DNA of 61,586 nt, the filler included, from Choristocarpus tenellus KU-1152 (taxonomy: Eukaryota; Protista; Phaeophyceae): assembly GCA_964200185.2 (NCBI GenBank). It is 10 parts of 10 records of this genome, joined end to end, with 100 filler letters (N's around TTAATTAATTAA, not from the genome) between each part and the next. Parts side by side here need not be neighbours in the genome. Positions count along the whole stretch, not along the records: positions 1 to 5,654 come from CAXNAD020010125.1; positions 5,755 to 12,951 come from CAXNAD020006554.1; 8 more parts are not named here. One strand, 5' to 3'. Below are positions 1 to 11,957 of this stretch, piece after piece. A model generated the notes under the pieces. The model was not told the DNA's origin. It saw nothing but the letters and a program-made list of their open reading frames with translations, and made no database searches. Both the position numbers and the translations under genes were made by a program. The stretch's first letter is position 1. Each line of letters begins with the position of its first letter.

Positions 1-1913
1 AAGTACTACTGGGCGGTAGTGGTGCCAAAAAAAAAGAAACTCTCATCACGCTCGACCGTGGGGGTGTGGAACAACTCCGCCTTCCAATACCCAGGAAGGC
101 GTGTACAAATGTCAAGGATAACACAAACAAAAGAGCATGCACCGGGTTCGCACAGCCAAGGGGAGGGGAGGGGAGGGGAGGGTCTGAAGGACGAGACAAC
201 TGTATCACGAACCCCAAAAAAACGTCCTCACTGTTACCCTGAAGTCTCAGATAGACTGCCGTGGTTAGAGCAGCACTACTGCGCAACGGCGACAAAGGAG
301 TAATGCAAGCGCTAACCTCTAGGCTGTCGGGAGAGACAGGTCCATCAAGACGGATGTTTGAACACCTGCACGGTAGGTTCTCTGCGATTATGTTTGACCG
401 TGAGGTAGGATAAGACGCGAGGAGACGCCCTTGCCAAAGGCGGAGTGCGTTGTGCTTAGGGTTAGGGTTGACTGGATAATAGGGACATAGATAGACAAGA
501 AAGACTAGAAAGTTGTCTATTGTACCCGCCTGATTTAGTCTCTTCTCGAGGACGTTTTGGGCAGCGGTTTAAAGCAATTGCTACTGTGATATTGGGACTA
601 TGCACAGGGTGTGTATCAGGTCGCTTTGTCAATGAACACCTCCACGCTCTCGTTCTGAAAGCACACACACACACACACAAAAAAGAGAGAATGAGGAGAG
701 CCTGGATCGTTTTAGGAAGCAGAAACGAGAAACGGCCTGTGTATGTACAGGTACACTAAACCATAACCCCATGTTCACAGAATACTACCATCAGCACCCA
801 AGAATCGCTGGATAACGCTCACAACAAGACCAATGATATGATGCAACTCAAAAAGAGACATTAATAATCCCCTTGATACACATCTGTAGAATAGGAGGGA
901 CCTGGCTGTACTAATCTAACCCTAACCCTAATTGAAATATGAGCTACACTAATGACATCAAAGGGCAACTTGAGATGTTGCCCTCACACACACACACACA
1001 CACATACATACATACACGTGTGTGCAGATTTCTGTGAGAGCAAAATGTTGCCAAGTGGTTAAAAAAGAAAGCTGACGCGATATGCAACGTTTATTGTCAA
1101 TCATAATACCTACAGATTTGAACCATATTTTTCAAAAACACAAGCGAAAGGTTGTGAGTCCGTGAGTTCCACTGACCCAGGGGAATGTATTTATTGCCCT
1201 TCATTAGACACCCCCTCAACCCCTCACCTAGTACACACATGCTTTGCCTACATAGTAGGTACCTAGGATACATTGTAAAAAATCAATGCCTTCCCATGGT
1301 GAGGGTAACCCCAACCTTTCTACATCGTGACATTCTTTTGCTTAGTCCCTGAGTTATCAAGATGGTTTTACTCTGACGTACATACAATAGTATAACGCGA
1401 AGTTGATCTAGGTTTAGGGACACGGTTTGGTCTGAGGTACTGCATAAATACCTAACCCTAACCTTTGACGGTGTAACATTTGTTTGAATCACCTTCAATC
1501 TCATTAGCAATAGATATTATACCATCTACCGCTCCCCTTCCTCTGATTTCTTAGTTGGCAGAGATCTGGAATTTCCCAGACCAGTTGGAATCTACCTGCT
1601 AAAAGAGTCCTGTCTTGAATGTGGAGTGGTATTTACGTAACCGCTACTGGAACCAACATATACATTTGTTCCTGGGGACCTTGAGCTAATCTATAGCTAA
1701 CCCTAACCCTACCTGCGTTTTTCCATTCGATTCCTAAGACATGTACAACTCTGCTGTTGGAGACAAGCGACCATCGTGTCCTAAATTCCTCCAAATAACT
1801 CAGTCAACCCCACCTACTCTTCAAAGGTAGCCAGCACTGTCAAAGGCAGCCTGTAATTCCCTCACACTGTTACAATCCAGAGTACATGTGGCAGTAGTAA
1901 GCACAGCACGCAC

Positions 1914-3648
1914 CTGTGAACCGTCTGAAGCAATGTTTTGATAAATCTGGCCCACCTCCACTCCAGGCAGCAACCCCAGGGACAGGACGTCAAGGGCAGA
2001 CGTAAAGAGAAGCTTCCACTCTCCAGCAAGTTGTGAAGTGCCACTTGCAAACCCTAGATTTGGCTCTGGATTTGGATTTCGTTCCTTATCAGGATGAGGT
2101 GATGAAGAATTCGGAGGAAGGACTTCGGAATCAAACTAAAGGATGAAGGTGGTCACAGAAGCACAATTTGGAAGAATGATGAACTAGAGGACACCTGCTG
2201 TAAATCTCACAGGAAGCAATAAGGCATCCACAAACACAATTGCTGCAAATGTCTTGTCCAACCTAGAAAATCAATATCTAAAATGCGATGCAGTAGAAGC
2301 TGTCAATGACAGCTCGTTTTTTTGCAAAGATGCTTTTCCTCTCAACCCCTATGCATGTGGTGGAGAAAAATAACAAGGCCTCATTGCATAACCTCCGATA
2401 CCTCTTGACAGATAAAGTATACAAGAGTCTAGAGTATTTTGAAGAATCACAACAATCCTGAATCATTAAAGATCGATTTCAGAGCAGAATTAGTATTTCG
2501 GATTGCTGCTTGACTTGGGGGGCTAAAGGTAAGCATGATCCATGCAATAAAGGTTCTATTTGCAAAGATACATCTAAGTGGCGTGCAGTACAGATAAACG
2601 GACTCAAGCTACTGACGACTCGGAGGACTTTACATACGTAATCATTACATCGAAGTATTCATAAAGTACATCGCGGTGGTGATATGGTTGGCAAACAACG
2701 GTCCGAACTTTGAGCTGAATTTTCTGCAACTTTGTGAGATAAGTGGAGGGGGAAGAAGTGTTCCTACCTCGAGCTGCTTTACCAGACTCATAATCTCCTC
2801 CCGTTCTCGCTCGAGGCAGCTCAGCCCCCGGTTGACACCGGCCACGCTGAGAAGGAAATCACGCTTGAGCTCGGTTGATGACAGTGGAATGCTCTGTAGT
2901 AGCAAGAAACCAGTCGGTCACAGTTGCAGCAACATACACACACACACACAAACACACACATATATATCTGGCGACAATGCTGATCGTTAGAGGTCAAAAG
3001 ATTCGACTAAGTTACTGTACAAGCTCGGAATATTGTTTTCTATCACCTGGGTATCGATGACGACTTCCTCACTGGAGCCAGCGAAACCTGAGTCGCTTGG
3101 GTAGTCACTCTCCTCCTGCAATTCACGCATGCACAAAGTTAATGGTGAGTGCCCAAGAAATGTTTGTATCACAGTGTTGATGGAGGGTGCTCCATCCAAG
3201 CTTGAAAGGTATATGATCCAGCCATCACGAGCTGCAACCCTAAACTTTTGTTACTTCCATCGATACGGTGGCTTTGCTCTAAGCTGTTTCACTCACATCG
3301 GACATTTCAAGCGGTGCAACCCATTTCCGTCCTCCCATCAAAATCTCCGAATGTTGTGTCTTCTCTCCTCTTGGACAACCCGCAACCCATTTTATTTGCT
3401 GATGACCATGGACAGTCCTCAATTTATAGGACTGAACAAAAGCATAAGAAATTCCTGAACAGATAATCGGGGAAAGATACGCGGTCGTGAGATGAAGTCA
3501 GCAGATGGTTGTCTGTATTACTGCGTTGTTTTCATGATCTCTTGTAATAGGTAGACACAATTTTTTCGCAATACACACAACTAGTGATCGCACCTGATAA
3601 GCCACACCACACCGCCAGCAGAAGGAACTTTCGTAGAGTCCCCACCAT
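1914..3648 (-). CDS. Plastid-targeted PAP/fibrillin (plastid lipid-associated protein), 5' five exons; 3' exons not found
   Basis: Exons 3594-3648, 3297-3454, 3047-3115, 2768-2893 and 1914-2084 join in consistent phase across GT..AG introns (the last acceptor is AAG). Product: MVGTLRKFLLLAVWCGLSGISYA-FVQ (signal peptide with Phe at +1, then transit-like region)...ELKRDFLLSVAGVNRGLSCLEREREEIMSLVKQLEERNPNPEP...LAGEWKLLFTSALDVLSLGLLPGVEVGQIYQNI. This matches the PAP_fibrillin pattern (NRG, LE..NP.P, G.WKL..TS, GQIYQ). Confidence 0.88.
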
Positions 3649-3803
3649 TACTGTGCTATCTCCGTTGATTCACGGAACTGCTGTTGTGTGGGTTGTGTCA
3701 GAGACGGTTTCTGAGTGTCCAGTTCATCACCTTGGGAAGGGGAGACTGATCTATATGATTTCACTACAGTTCAACTCATAGATCAACCACAAAACACTCT
3801 GAT
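3649..3803. promoter_or_regulatory. Probable bidirectional promoter between the fibrillin and GET3 genes
   Basis: Only 155 bp lie between the two divergent ATGs (3648 - and 3804 +), so both 5'UTRs and the promoter must fit here or overlap. Confidence 0.55.
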
Positions 3804-5424
3804 ATGCGAAGCTTGCCCCCCATGGCGCGCCATCATCCCCTGCCTCTTCTTGTATCCCTCTCCTGCTTCATCCAAAGCGGAGCTCTGCTGCAAGGCCGAG
3901 GGATGTCGACCGAGATTGCCTCTCGACCCTATCGTGTTTCGCACTCCTCTAGATTTTTTCGGAGTGGCTCACATCATCTTGCTCGCTCCTCTAGTGCACT
4001 CCCTACTGTCTATCGAGGATGGACTCCGTCCGTATCATATGCCCGGAAGAATCGACCTGTGGGCTCCCGATCTCTAGTTGCCAGTGCTACAGTCGTTGAG
4101 ACCTCGACCGGATTGAATGAGCTGTTGCAGTCACGCAACGGTGTGAGCCAACGTTTCGTATTCTTCGGTGGTAAAGGTGGTGTGGGGAAGACATCAACCG
4201 CTGCTTCGGTGGCTATACAGTGTGCAGATGCTGGATTGAGGTGTGGTATCTGTCTAATTTCTTCTCTTCCATGCTTGCTATCGTCGTTCTGCCCCCCTAA
4301 TGTTCGAGGTTTTTGGAGTTGAAGTATCGCCATGACGCCCGCCGTATCATTCTTATTACACCAAGAGGATATTTTCACATTATCACGGTAGGATAATCAT
4401 GGTCCTTCCTGTTGGGTGGTGCTTTAGAGCGAGTAGCACTGGATCCTTGAACTTCTGATCGACCACGTCGCGAGTCTCTTCTTTGTGATTCCACATCGGG
4501 ACCAACGATTATTTCTATCAAGTTTGCGTTGCCACATAACCACGCAAGCATGGCACGCCAAGATGCACCCTCGTGCCTTTAGCCATCCATCATGATACAC
4601 TTGTTTCCTCTTGCCTGGGCCCCATTGTGCCCATATCAATATCTCTTTACATTGGTGGCAGAACTCTGGTGATCAGCACAGACCCGGCTCACTCCCTTGG
4701 CGATGCACTTGACCAGAATGTGTCGGGAGGAAAACCTGTGCGAGTCACAGGGATGGACAACCTAGAAGCTATGGAGGTAGCGGAATTTGTTGCAGGAGAA
4801 CGTTTAAGAGGAATGAATGCCTTCGTCCAATATTGGAAATTGTTTTGACCGAACAATGTATTGCTCCATTCACTGGTGGATGCCTGTCACCAGGAGTCTG
4901 AAGCTGGACAGCAGAGCAACTAGGGCATTCAAGTACTCTTTTGTCCCTGTTTTCTCTGGTGTGCTTTTCTTACCTGCAGGCAGATCCCTCTCCAGAGTGT
5001 TTTAACCCTTGTGCAAGCTGCTGCATTTGTAGATTACTAGATTTCTGCGGGTGTTGGGATGCAAGATGTTTCGAATGGATGTCTTGCACGTGCATGGTGT
5101 GTGTACGTTGTTTGGGGGTGTTTGGGTGGGTGTGAATGAGGAGTGGTAGGAGTGTGGAAAAGCCCACAATGCTTTACAGCTCATGTGCATAAGAATGTAT
5201 TACCCACTTTAAATGTTGGCACTCATTCACGCCCTACACGGTTATGAAGTGCAGACTTGTTGGAGACGTTTTTTGACGAGCTGGCCTTTCGTGCTCTTGT
5301 CTGTGTGCTTCCTCTCGGTCAGGTAGATACAGAAGAGGCTGTCAAAGAGTTTGAGACTGCGCTGAAGGCGTTTGATGTGACTGCCTTGGCCACGGAGATG
5401 GGAATATCTCAGGACATGGTAGAG
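3804..5424 (+). CDS. GET3: GET3/ArsA-family ATPase with long N-terminal (probably plastid-targeting) extension; first three exons, truncated by contig end
   Basis: Exons 3804-4240, 4662-4776 and 5323-5424 are in phase (GT..AG). P-loop FFGGKGGVGKTS, then switch I RTLVISTDPAHSLGDAL, then NLEAMEVDTEEAV. The N-terminal ~110 aa has a hydrophobic stretch (LPLLVSLSCFIQSGA) and a Ser/Arg-rich segment. Alternative start at 3822. Confidence 0.92.
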
Positions 5425-5654
5425 GTGGGTGGTTGGTGAAGAAGAGGGGTGTGATGGGAGAGTGAAAGGGAAATGCTCCGATCGCCTCTGCTGCTTAGTA
5501 TTTTGTGAGTAGATTTGTATCGTCCTCAAGGCTACAGATTGTAAAAGGGATTTCCACCTGTTGGTGTTTAGGAGGACGGGTTGGGTTGTAGGGGGTGAGT
5601 GAATGCCTTCGGTGATTGGTTGCCTTTGTCTAATCCCACTTGGCCTGTATGTAT

Positions 5655-5754
5655 NNNNNNNNNNNNNNNNNNNNNNNNNNNNNNNNNNNNNNNNNNNNTT
5701 AATTAATTAANNNNNNNNNNNNNNNNNNNNNNNNNNNNNNNNNNNNNNNNNNNN
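5655..5754. other. Artificial contig linker (44N + TTAATTAATTAA + 44N); same at 12952-13051, 22048-22147, 26040-26139, 34989-35088, 42401-42500, 46270-46369, 50374-50473, 55097-55196
   Basis: Nine identical 100-bp spacers containing a six-frame stop cassette. Confidence 0.98.
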
Positions 5755-6967
5755 CAGCTCCGATCCTGTTGGATGCGACTAGCTTTTCGATCCTCATTGC
5801 GAGGACATGATCATATATCGAGGTCTAAGATGAGAGGAGTTTGAGAGTGTGGGGTGGGGTTCGTAAGGATAATCTATTCGTAAATGTGCAACGGAGATTA
5901 GGGGCAAGACGAGAACATGGTCGATGTCACCGTCAACAAGCAGCCGTGACATGCGAGGAATGTTTGAAGAGCCCATATCATCCAGAATCGAAGGTATACA
6001 CTTTCATATACCCTAACGCACTAGCGATTCACTGGGCAAGTCTTCGAGTGTGGATATGGTCCTTACCTCGAACTTCTTGTGCATGGAACTATGGTAACGT
6101 CGAAATACCTCACTATGTAATGTTCCTACCCTGAACGGTGACAACGTCTATCCTTACGTCTTTAGGAGGAGACAAACACGAGACAAGCCAAAAGAGGTCT
6201 CAGAAAAGAATTAGGACAACCCCCCCTAACTCCTCAAGTCTTCTTGTACCCTACGAGTATCGTGGAGGCGAAAGTTGGAACCCGCCTGTTGCAGTCAGAG
6301 TTGCTAGGGTTGGGCTCTTAACTCATATGTTTGAAACATCTAAGACACCTTCGAGAGCGGTGGGGCTTACCTGGGGTATTTCTTGAATAAGCTCCGTTAC
6401 CTCGAGTGCAATATGGGAGCCCTGTCCAGCATTAGTCCCTTCAGCGGAGGCCATGGTTCTCAACATTTGCACTCCCAACTTCGACCAGAATCGATGCGGT
6501 TTTTTTGTAACTCCCAATTTGGAAACACAGATCAAATCATAGAGTTGTGAATCGGTGCCGATAGGAATCGGTCGCATCCGATTATTCGGGGCGAACTGAT
6601 AGGCGATTTTTGCTCGACCGATTATTCTCGTATTCCCCTCGTCATCCGTGCGCATACGAGCACGTCTCCTTCTTAGTGCGCGCAAAGGTACACGCGCGGA
6701 CACGAGCTTCTGCTATGATTTTGTCGTTCATATTGAACCTCTCCTGTCTTGCACTTTGTACCATATCGGCGAACATAGCAGATGATGGACCCCTTGTCCC
6801 TACCTTACTGGGCGGGATTTTGAACTCAGTAGATAAGCTTTTGAAGGCTGGCGTCGAAGGGGTTCGAACTGCTTTTAAATAGTAAAACATTTTTCAGAGG
6901 CATCTTTTTCATAAGCGACAACTGCTACTTTCACAGGGGTGGTACTTGCGATGAAGCTTTTGTTTAT

Positions 6968-8472
6968 CGCTGACACATTTCAAAATGTCAAGAGGGTATA
7001 GTGATACATATTCATGCATATAATTCAACTCTACGTTTCTTTATTGTGCTCTCGGACATTTTGTAGATGTGTCGGGGGGAAAACCAATGAAAAACTATTC
7101 AGATGTCAAAACAACCCTTGAACAAATAGCAGTTGTCGTAAACATGAAAGACCTTTTCCTATCATCTATTCACTACTCCATTACCAACTATGCTACATCG
7201 TCTTCTTATGGTAGGAGAAAATAATCAAGGGCTGTGGTATGACTTTGGCGGTACCGAATACGATAATTGACGACACAGGAGTAGGTAGATGGGAAGCAAA
7301 GGACGACAGTAGTACAATATTTTATATTGGGGAAGTAACTGATAGATTAGTGTTTTCCACACTCACAATGTTTTATAGTGTTCTTATGTTTGGTTATTTT
7401 ATTTATTTAGGGCTAATAACGACATAATATGTATAGTTTTCATTACTTTCCCCCCTGACATATCTGCAAAATGTCGGAGGGCATAATAATATAATAATTG
7501 AGGGCAATGTTTATAGTATCATAGGGTTTTGAAGACGGTAATCGCTACCATACCAAACCGTGGAAATTCCGAAGTTCCGACCTACCTATACATCCCAAGA
7601 AATCAACAGTAGGAATATAGTTTATGATGCCCTCTGAAGCTTTTCAGATATATGTGTCAGTGAAACATCAAAACTAAGTTACAAGCATTCAGCATTCACG
7701 ACAGATGTTGTTGTATTAGAAGAACTCCTTCCAATATAGGTTTGGTTCTTCCCTGGCACATTTGTAAAGTGTTAGAGGGCACAATGATACATAACCTGTT
7801 AGATCAAACAACATACATATTTCACAGAGGGGTTTTGGCATTGACGACAATTACTGTTGTATTTACAGTAGTCCTTGTAATATGGCTTTGGTTTTTCCAT
7901 TGAACATCAGCAAAATCTGTAAATACAGTAATGGCAACCGTACTGTACTATGGTGATTCCTGAATTATGGTTGAAAATATTTTATTATGCCCTCTCACAT
8001 TTAGTTGAAAATATCAAAAAACGGTACTGTGCCGCCCAAAATATAGGACTTTCGGTACATACGCTCTAATGTTCCTTTCAAATCTTTCACTTAAAAATTA
8101 TTATGCCCTCTGACATTTTTCACATGCCTCAGGGGAAAAGCCCAACCAATATCACAAGGACCCCGTAAAAGTAAGAGTTGTTAATTTTAAAGGTATCTCT
8201 CTAAACTCTATTTACCATTTGAAGGTCAGCTACACCACAACTCTCCCTTGGAGGTTGGTAATTACAGTGTTATGGGTACATTGCTGCTATGCCTCGAACC
8301 TAGCTTAGCCCTACAGGTGGGCGAGGAGCTAGGGAAGCATCCTAAGAATCTGACCAGCCCCTCCCTCCTTGCCCATCTGCCTGGTGTCTCCAGCTCGAAT
8401 TGAATGACATGTTAGCTTTGTTGAATAGTAAATATTTTTTGGAGAGGTATCTCTTGCATTGTAACGACAACT
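6968..8472. repeat. Cluster of ~40-bp palindromic modules in mixed orientation plus a longer inverted repeat (foldback/MITE-derived)
   Basis: Consensus TTATGCCCTCTGACATTTTGCAGATATGTCAGGGGGAAA at ~6968(R), 7044(F), 7447(R), 7625(F), 7748(R), 7983(F), 8100(F); further copies at ~10141, ~12917 and ~43078. Inverted arms at 8176-8232 and 8413-8472. Confidence 0.7.
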
Positions 8473-8535
8473 ATTATTTTATTATACCTATACAGACGGA
8501 TGTACATTTATATATATATATGTATATATATTCCA

Positions 8536-10133
8536 CTATCCCCATGCCATAAGTCTCTGCCGCTTTGTCCATAACGTTTGAAGGTGTTGAATAGATTCAT
8601 TTCTGAAATAAGATTTGGAATCCTTGACGAATTTATGGTTAGGTGCAGCTTTTCCTATTATTATCACTTGCCTCTTCCTTACCCCTGTGTGCTCCACACT
8701 GAAGTCATTCCCCCCTTTGTATCTAAGTACTTGATTGTACAACACCAAGCCCTCTCAAGTGTGGTTTCATCATACTCCTAATACTGTTTCTTCATGACCT
8801 TCACCATCTTCTCGACAGACCCAAACTGCTCCCCCATCACGCAGCAAATCAGAAATCTGAAGAAGGACGGGTCCATGATATTGAGGTCCGGGGAGTTAGA
8901 TGGCTGCGTCACAAGCCTAATCGACAACCCCTCAGTCTCCCTCGCCCCTGACAAATTCTGAGTTGCCCTTGCCCGTGTTGGGGGTGGCACCGTCTTGCTG
9001 AAAGACAATGTGCTTCCCCTGCAACCAAGACATCTTGGTCTTCATTGTAGGCAGAAACTCCTCCGTGTACCACTTCCTGTACCACAAATGTTCTAAAGTA
9101 TAGTCCTGCTCATACACATCCCCCATTATATTGTTCTTGCTTGTGATGTTTGCCGTTTTTGGCGCACACACAAATCAAACATCAAGCTTTCCATCAAAGC
9201 TGTGAGCCGAATCTGGGCGGGCATTGGCTGTAATGATCATGGCTTTGGAGATATGACTCTTGTGCCGCACAGTAGGGGACCCTGGAAGGTCGCTATCATC
9301 CTCATGTGGAAATACCCTGACCCTTTCCCCATCAGCCATCACGTAAAACCAGGTTTCATTCACATACACACGGATCATGTTTGCCATGGAGGCGTACACA
9401 CTACGTTTCCAGTCCACTTGATCGCAAACAAAGTCCATTCTCCATACCTTTTTCGACGATTTAAGCCTGGGTTTAATCCAGTGGCGACATGGTCCCCATA
9501 TCATCCAACCACCTGTTTATGATGCTTGTCCTACAATTCAGCCCCTTGGCGGCCATCTTCATTGTCACCTGACGCACTGTAGATGATCGATTATCGGAGT
9601 TGATACTATGTATTACGGGCATCTTGGTCAGTGTGAGTTCGAGGCTTCCCACTACGTGCTGTCACCCCTAAGTCAAGCCTGTAACCGGTGGCGAGCTGAT
9701 CGGCTATGTCCTCCCAGAGCCCTCGCATGTAACGCTCGGACACTCCAAAGTGTGCTGCGAGGGCCGACTCAACGTGTCGCGGCAGTTTATGCTCACCAGG
9801 GATCATCGTGAGGGCATGCCGCACTGCGAACGTAACCCTTATTCATGGACACTTGGGCACGCTTCCTATGCGAGGAGGTTGACGGGGGGGTTGCCATGCC
9901 GATGTTCTGACCCTCGACGTGCCCAGTTCTGGCCTCAAAATCACCCCCAAAGACCCCTACTTTGACAGCTTGAATCACCTCGAGTTTGTGCCTGATGATC
10001 CTCGATCCCCACCTTTTCTGAAAACTGAGATTGTCAACCCGATTTCCTTCCGTGGGCATATCGTCCGATTCGGCGTTGTTCTCGCTCGGCAAGTCCATAT
10101 ATTTCACGGCACAAACTTAAGGCACAGAGGTAG
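8536..10133 (-). mobile_element. Full-length but decayed Tc1/mariner element, plant-type DD39D-like
   Basis: 28-bp TIRs: CTATCCCCATGCCATAAGTCTCTGCCGC at 8536 vs the reverse complement of 10106-10133, CTACCTCTGTGCCTTAAGTTTGTGCCGT (20/28), resembling Stowaway CTCCCTCCGT. Right flank is TA. Transposase motifs lie across several frames: YVNETWFY, HKSHISKAM, FDGKL, QQDGATP, QPSNSPDLNIMD. Confidence 0.9.
8700..10098 (-). pseudogene. Mariner transposase pseudogene (frameshifts and stops)
   Basis: Motifs are spread over ORFs 9606-9824, 9175-9504, 8932-9171 and 8778-9008; the first catalytic D appears mutated (VNE for VDE). Ends approximate. Confidence 0.85.
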
Positions 10134-10846
10134 TATATTATTTTGCTCTACAACATTTTGCAAATGTGTCAAGAGAAAAAATAATTATCACAAAGACCCC
10201 TGTAATAATTAATATCAGTAGCATATCTATTGTATGTATACAATACTTCCAAGCAATAATTATCTAATGTATCGTGATTGTCGAACTNNNNNNNNNNGTG
10301 CTGGTACGGACGGACGGACGAGCAGGAAAATGTCATGGTCGTACTAAACGGCTACGGTTGAGCTCGCCTGTGATATATACACGATTATGTCAAGATTGTG
10401 CTTGAGAATAAGATTTGAAGTCATACTGAATGTACGCGCAAACAAAATGATGTGGTACATTCGGGAAATTTAGTTAGGGTATATTTGACCAGAAGAAGTT
10501 TAGCGGAATGTTAGAGTCGAAGTGTTTCTGAAGTGTTTTAGAGAACTATTGGATCATTTGGTATTCTGAGTGGTCCATTCAACGATGGCTTTAGTGTAGT
10601 GATGAGTAAGGTAGTATTTGATAGTCTGATATGTGACGCTGTATAGAGTCGGTGCTATTAATAATATTTTCAATATTGATATTTGTATAAATATGTATAT
10701 ATATATATATATATCGAGAACATGTACAAGTGGGCAGGTAAGGGTAGTTGCAAGGACAAGAGCCCGTACAGTAACTAGGTGATATAGGATAGTGAAGAGG
10801 TGTCAGTTATGTTGATGAATGATAAATAGGCACTTCTGGGAGGTAA

Positions 10847-11032
10847 GACTCAAAGTATCTGGTGTGTGTGTGTGGTGGCTGTCCATTCGGAGCCCATTTT
10901 TCCATGTCGCTAGTTTTGGGTGATTTGGTTGCATGCGTCGGATGAATAATGTAAGTGCACTTCTCCTGGTCAGAACCCGAACGGACACCCTGGTGTAGAC
11001 CACCACCCCCACTCAGATAGATACTTCGAGCC
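10847..11032. mobile_element. MITE family C (second copy 46080-~46250)
   Basis: TIR GACTCAAAGTATCT...AGATACTTCGAGCC; the internal sequence aligns with 46080-46220; flanks TAA/CAA. Confidence 0.7.
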
Positions 11033-11826
11033 CAAGGTTCCTATATTCTCAGGGTTTTCGATTTTTGAAACAAGTATGCCCAGTTGATCCTTGATGTGAA
11101 CCTGGGAGCCAGTATTGGTGACGAAGTGAAGTAGAATCGTAAGGTGTAAGTTGTAGAGATGTATATGGACAATAGGACTCAGATTTCAAACAATTTGGAA
11201 AGGGGAGAAGCAGATCTATAGGGCCCGTTGGTTTGTAAGAGCAAGAAATACTCGATTACATATGGTATGCATGTGAGAGGGACCCAAAGAGCCGGTCCTG
11301 GTAAGCTTTTATACCTTGCTTTTGGAACAAGCATACAACAAGGACGATAGATGGGTGGACAGGAATCACTTGATTCTATACTGTACATAAATGAGAGAGG
11401 CGGTACTGGTGACGTACAGATAGGACAGATAGATAAACAGACGGATGGATGGACAGGAATTTTTTGGTCTTAAATGTTGGATTTGTTTGTTTTCCAAAGT
11501 TTAATCCCCCTTAGGGAACCATGAAATATGCAAGGTGTACAGTCTTGGTCATCAAGAATGACAAATGGATGGAGTGTGGGTGTCTACTCAATCACTCCTC
11601 TAAGGATGGCGCGTTCGGGCTCATCACCAACCTCAATCAGTTCGACATGCAGGAGCACAAGGAGGTGATGGAGGCTAGCGTACAATTGGCAAAGGCCAGG
11701 ACACCCAGTACATCATCAATCAGTGGAAGGCGGTGTGCTGAGAGTGGTCGCTGGGTTGAGTAGGTAAGTCCCATTGTGTGATGAGTCGCCTTTGCTGGAT
11801 GATAGATGTTGGTGTCCACAGTTTGG

Positions 11827-11957
11827 GAGTGAAAGTATCTTAGAGGGTACGAGTTTTGCCCTGTTTGTCCATTTAGGGCTTGACTTCCCATCAAAATCAC
11901 AACAATGGATTTTGGCCCCAAATGGACGAGGCCCTACCCTCTAAGATACTTTGGTTC
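11827..11957. mobile_element. MITE family A, internally deleted copy
   Basis: TIR GAGTGAAAGTATCTTAGAGGGTA...TACCCTCTAAGATACTTTGGTTC; 3-bp TSD TGG. Confidence 0.85.

Noticed and set aside
6067-6454. Minus-strand gene from exon-like blocks 6371-6454 (MASAEG...IPQ|gtaagc), 6250-6285 and 6067-6130
   Set aside because: Splice signals are good, but the phases do not join without a stop and no homology was recognised; RNA-seq is needed.
6968-8140. CRISPR-like array
   Set aside because: Repeats alternate in orientation, are degenerate and irregularly spaced, occur on other contigs, and there are no cas genes; the context is eukaryotic.
11521-11763. Short ORF as a real exon
   Set aside because: No convincing domain or consistent splice partners; the same applies to most short ORFs in the supplied track.
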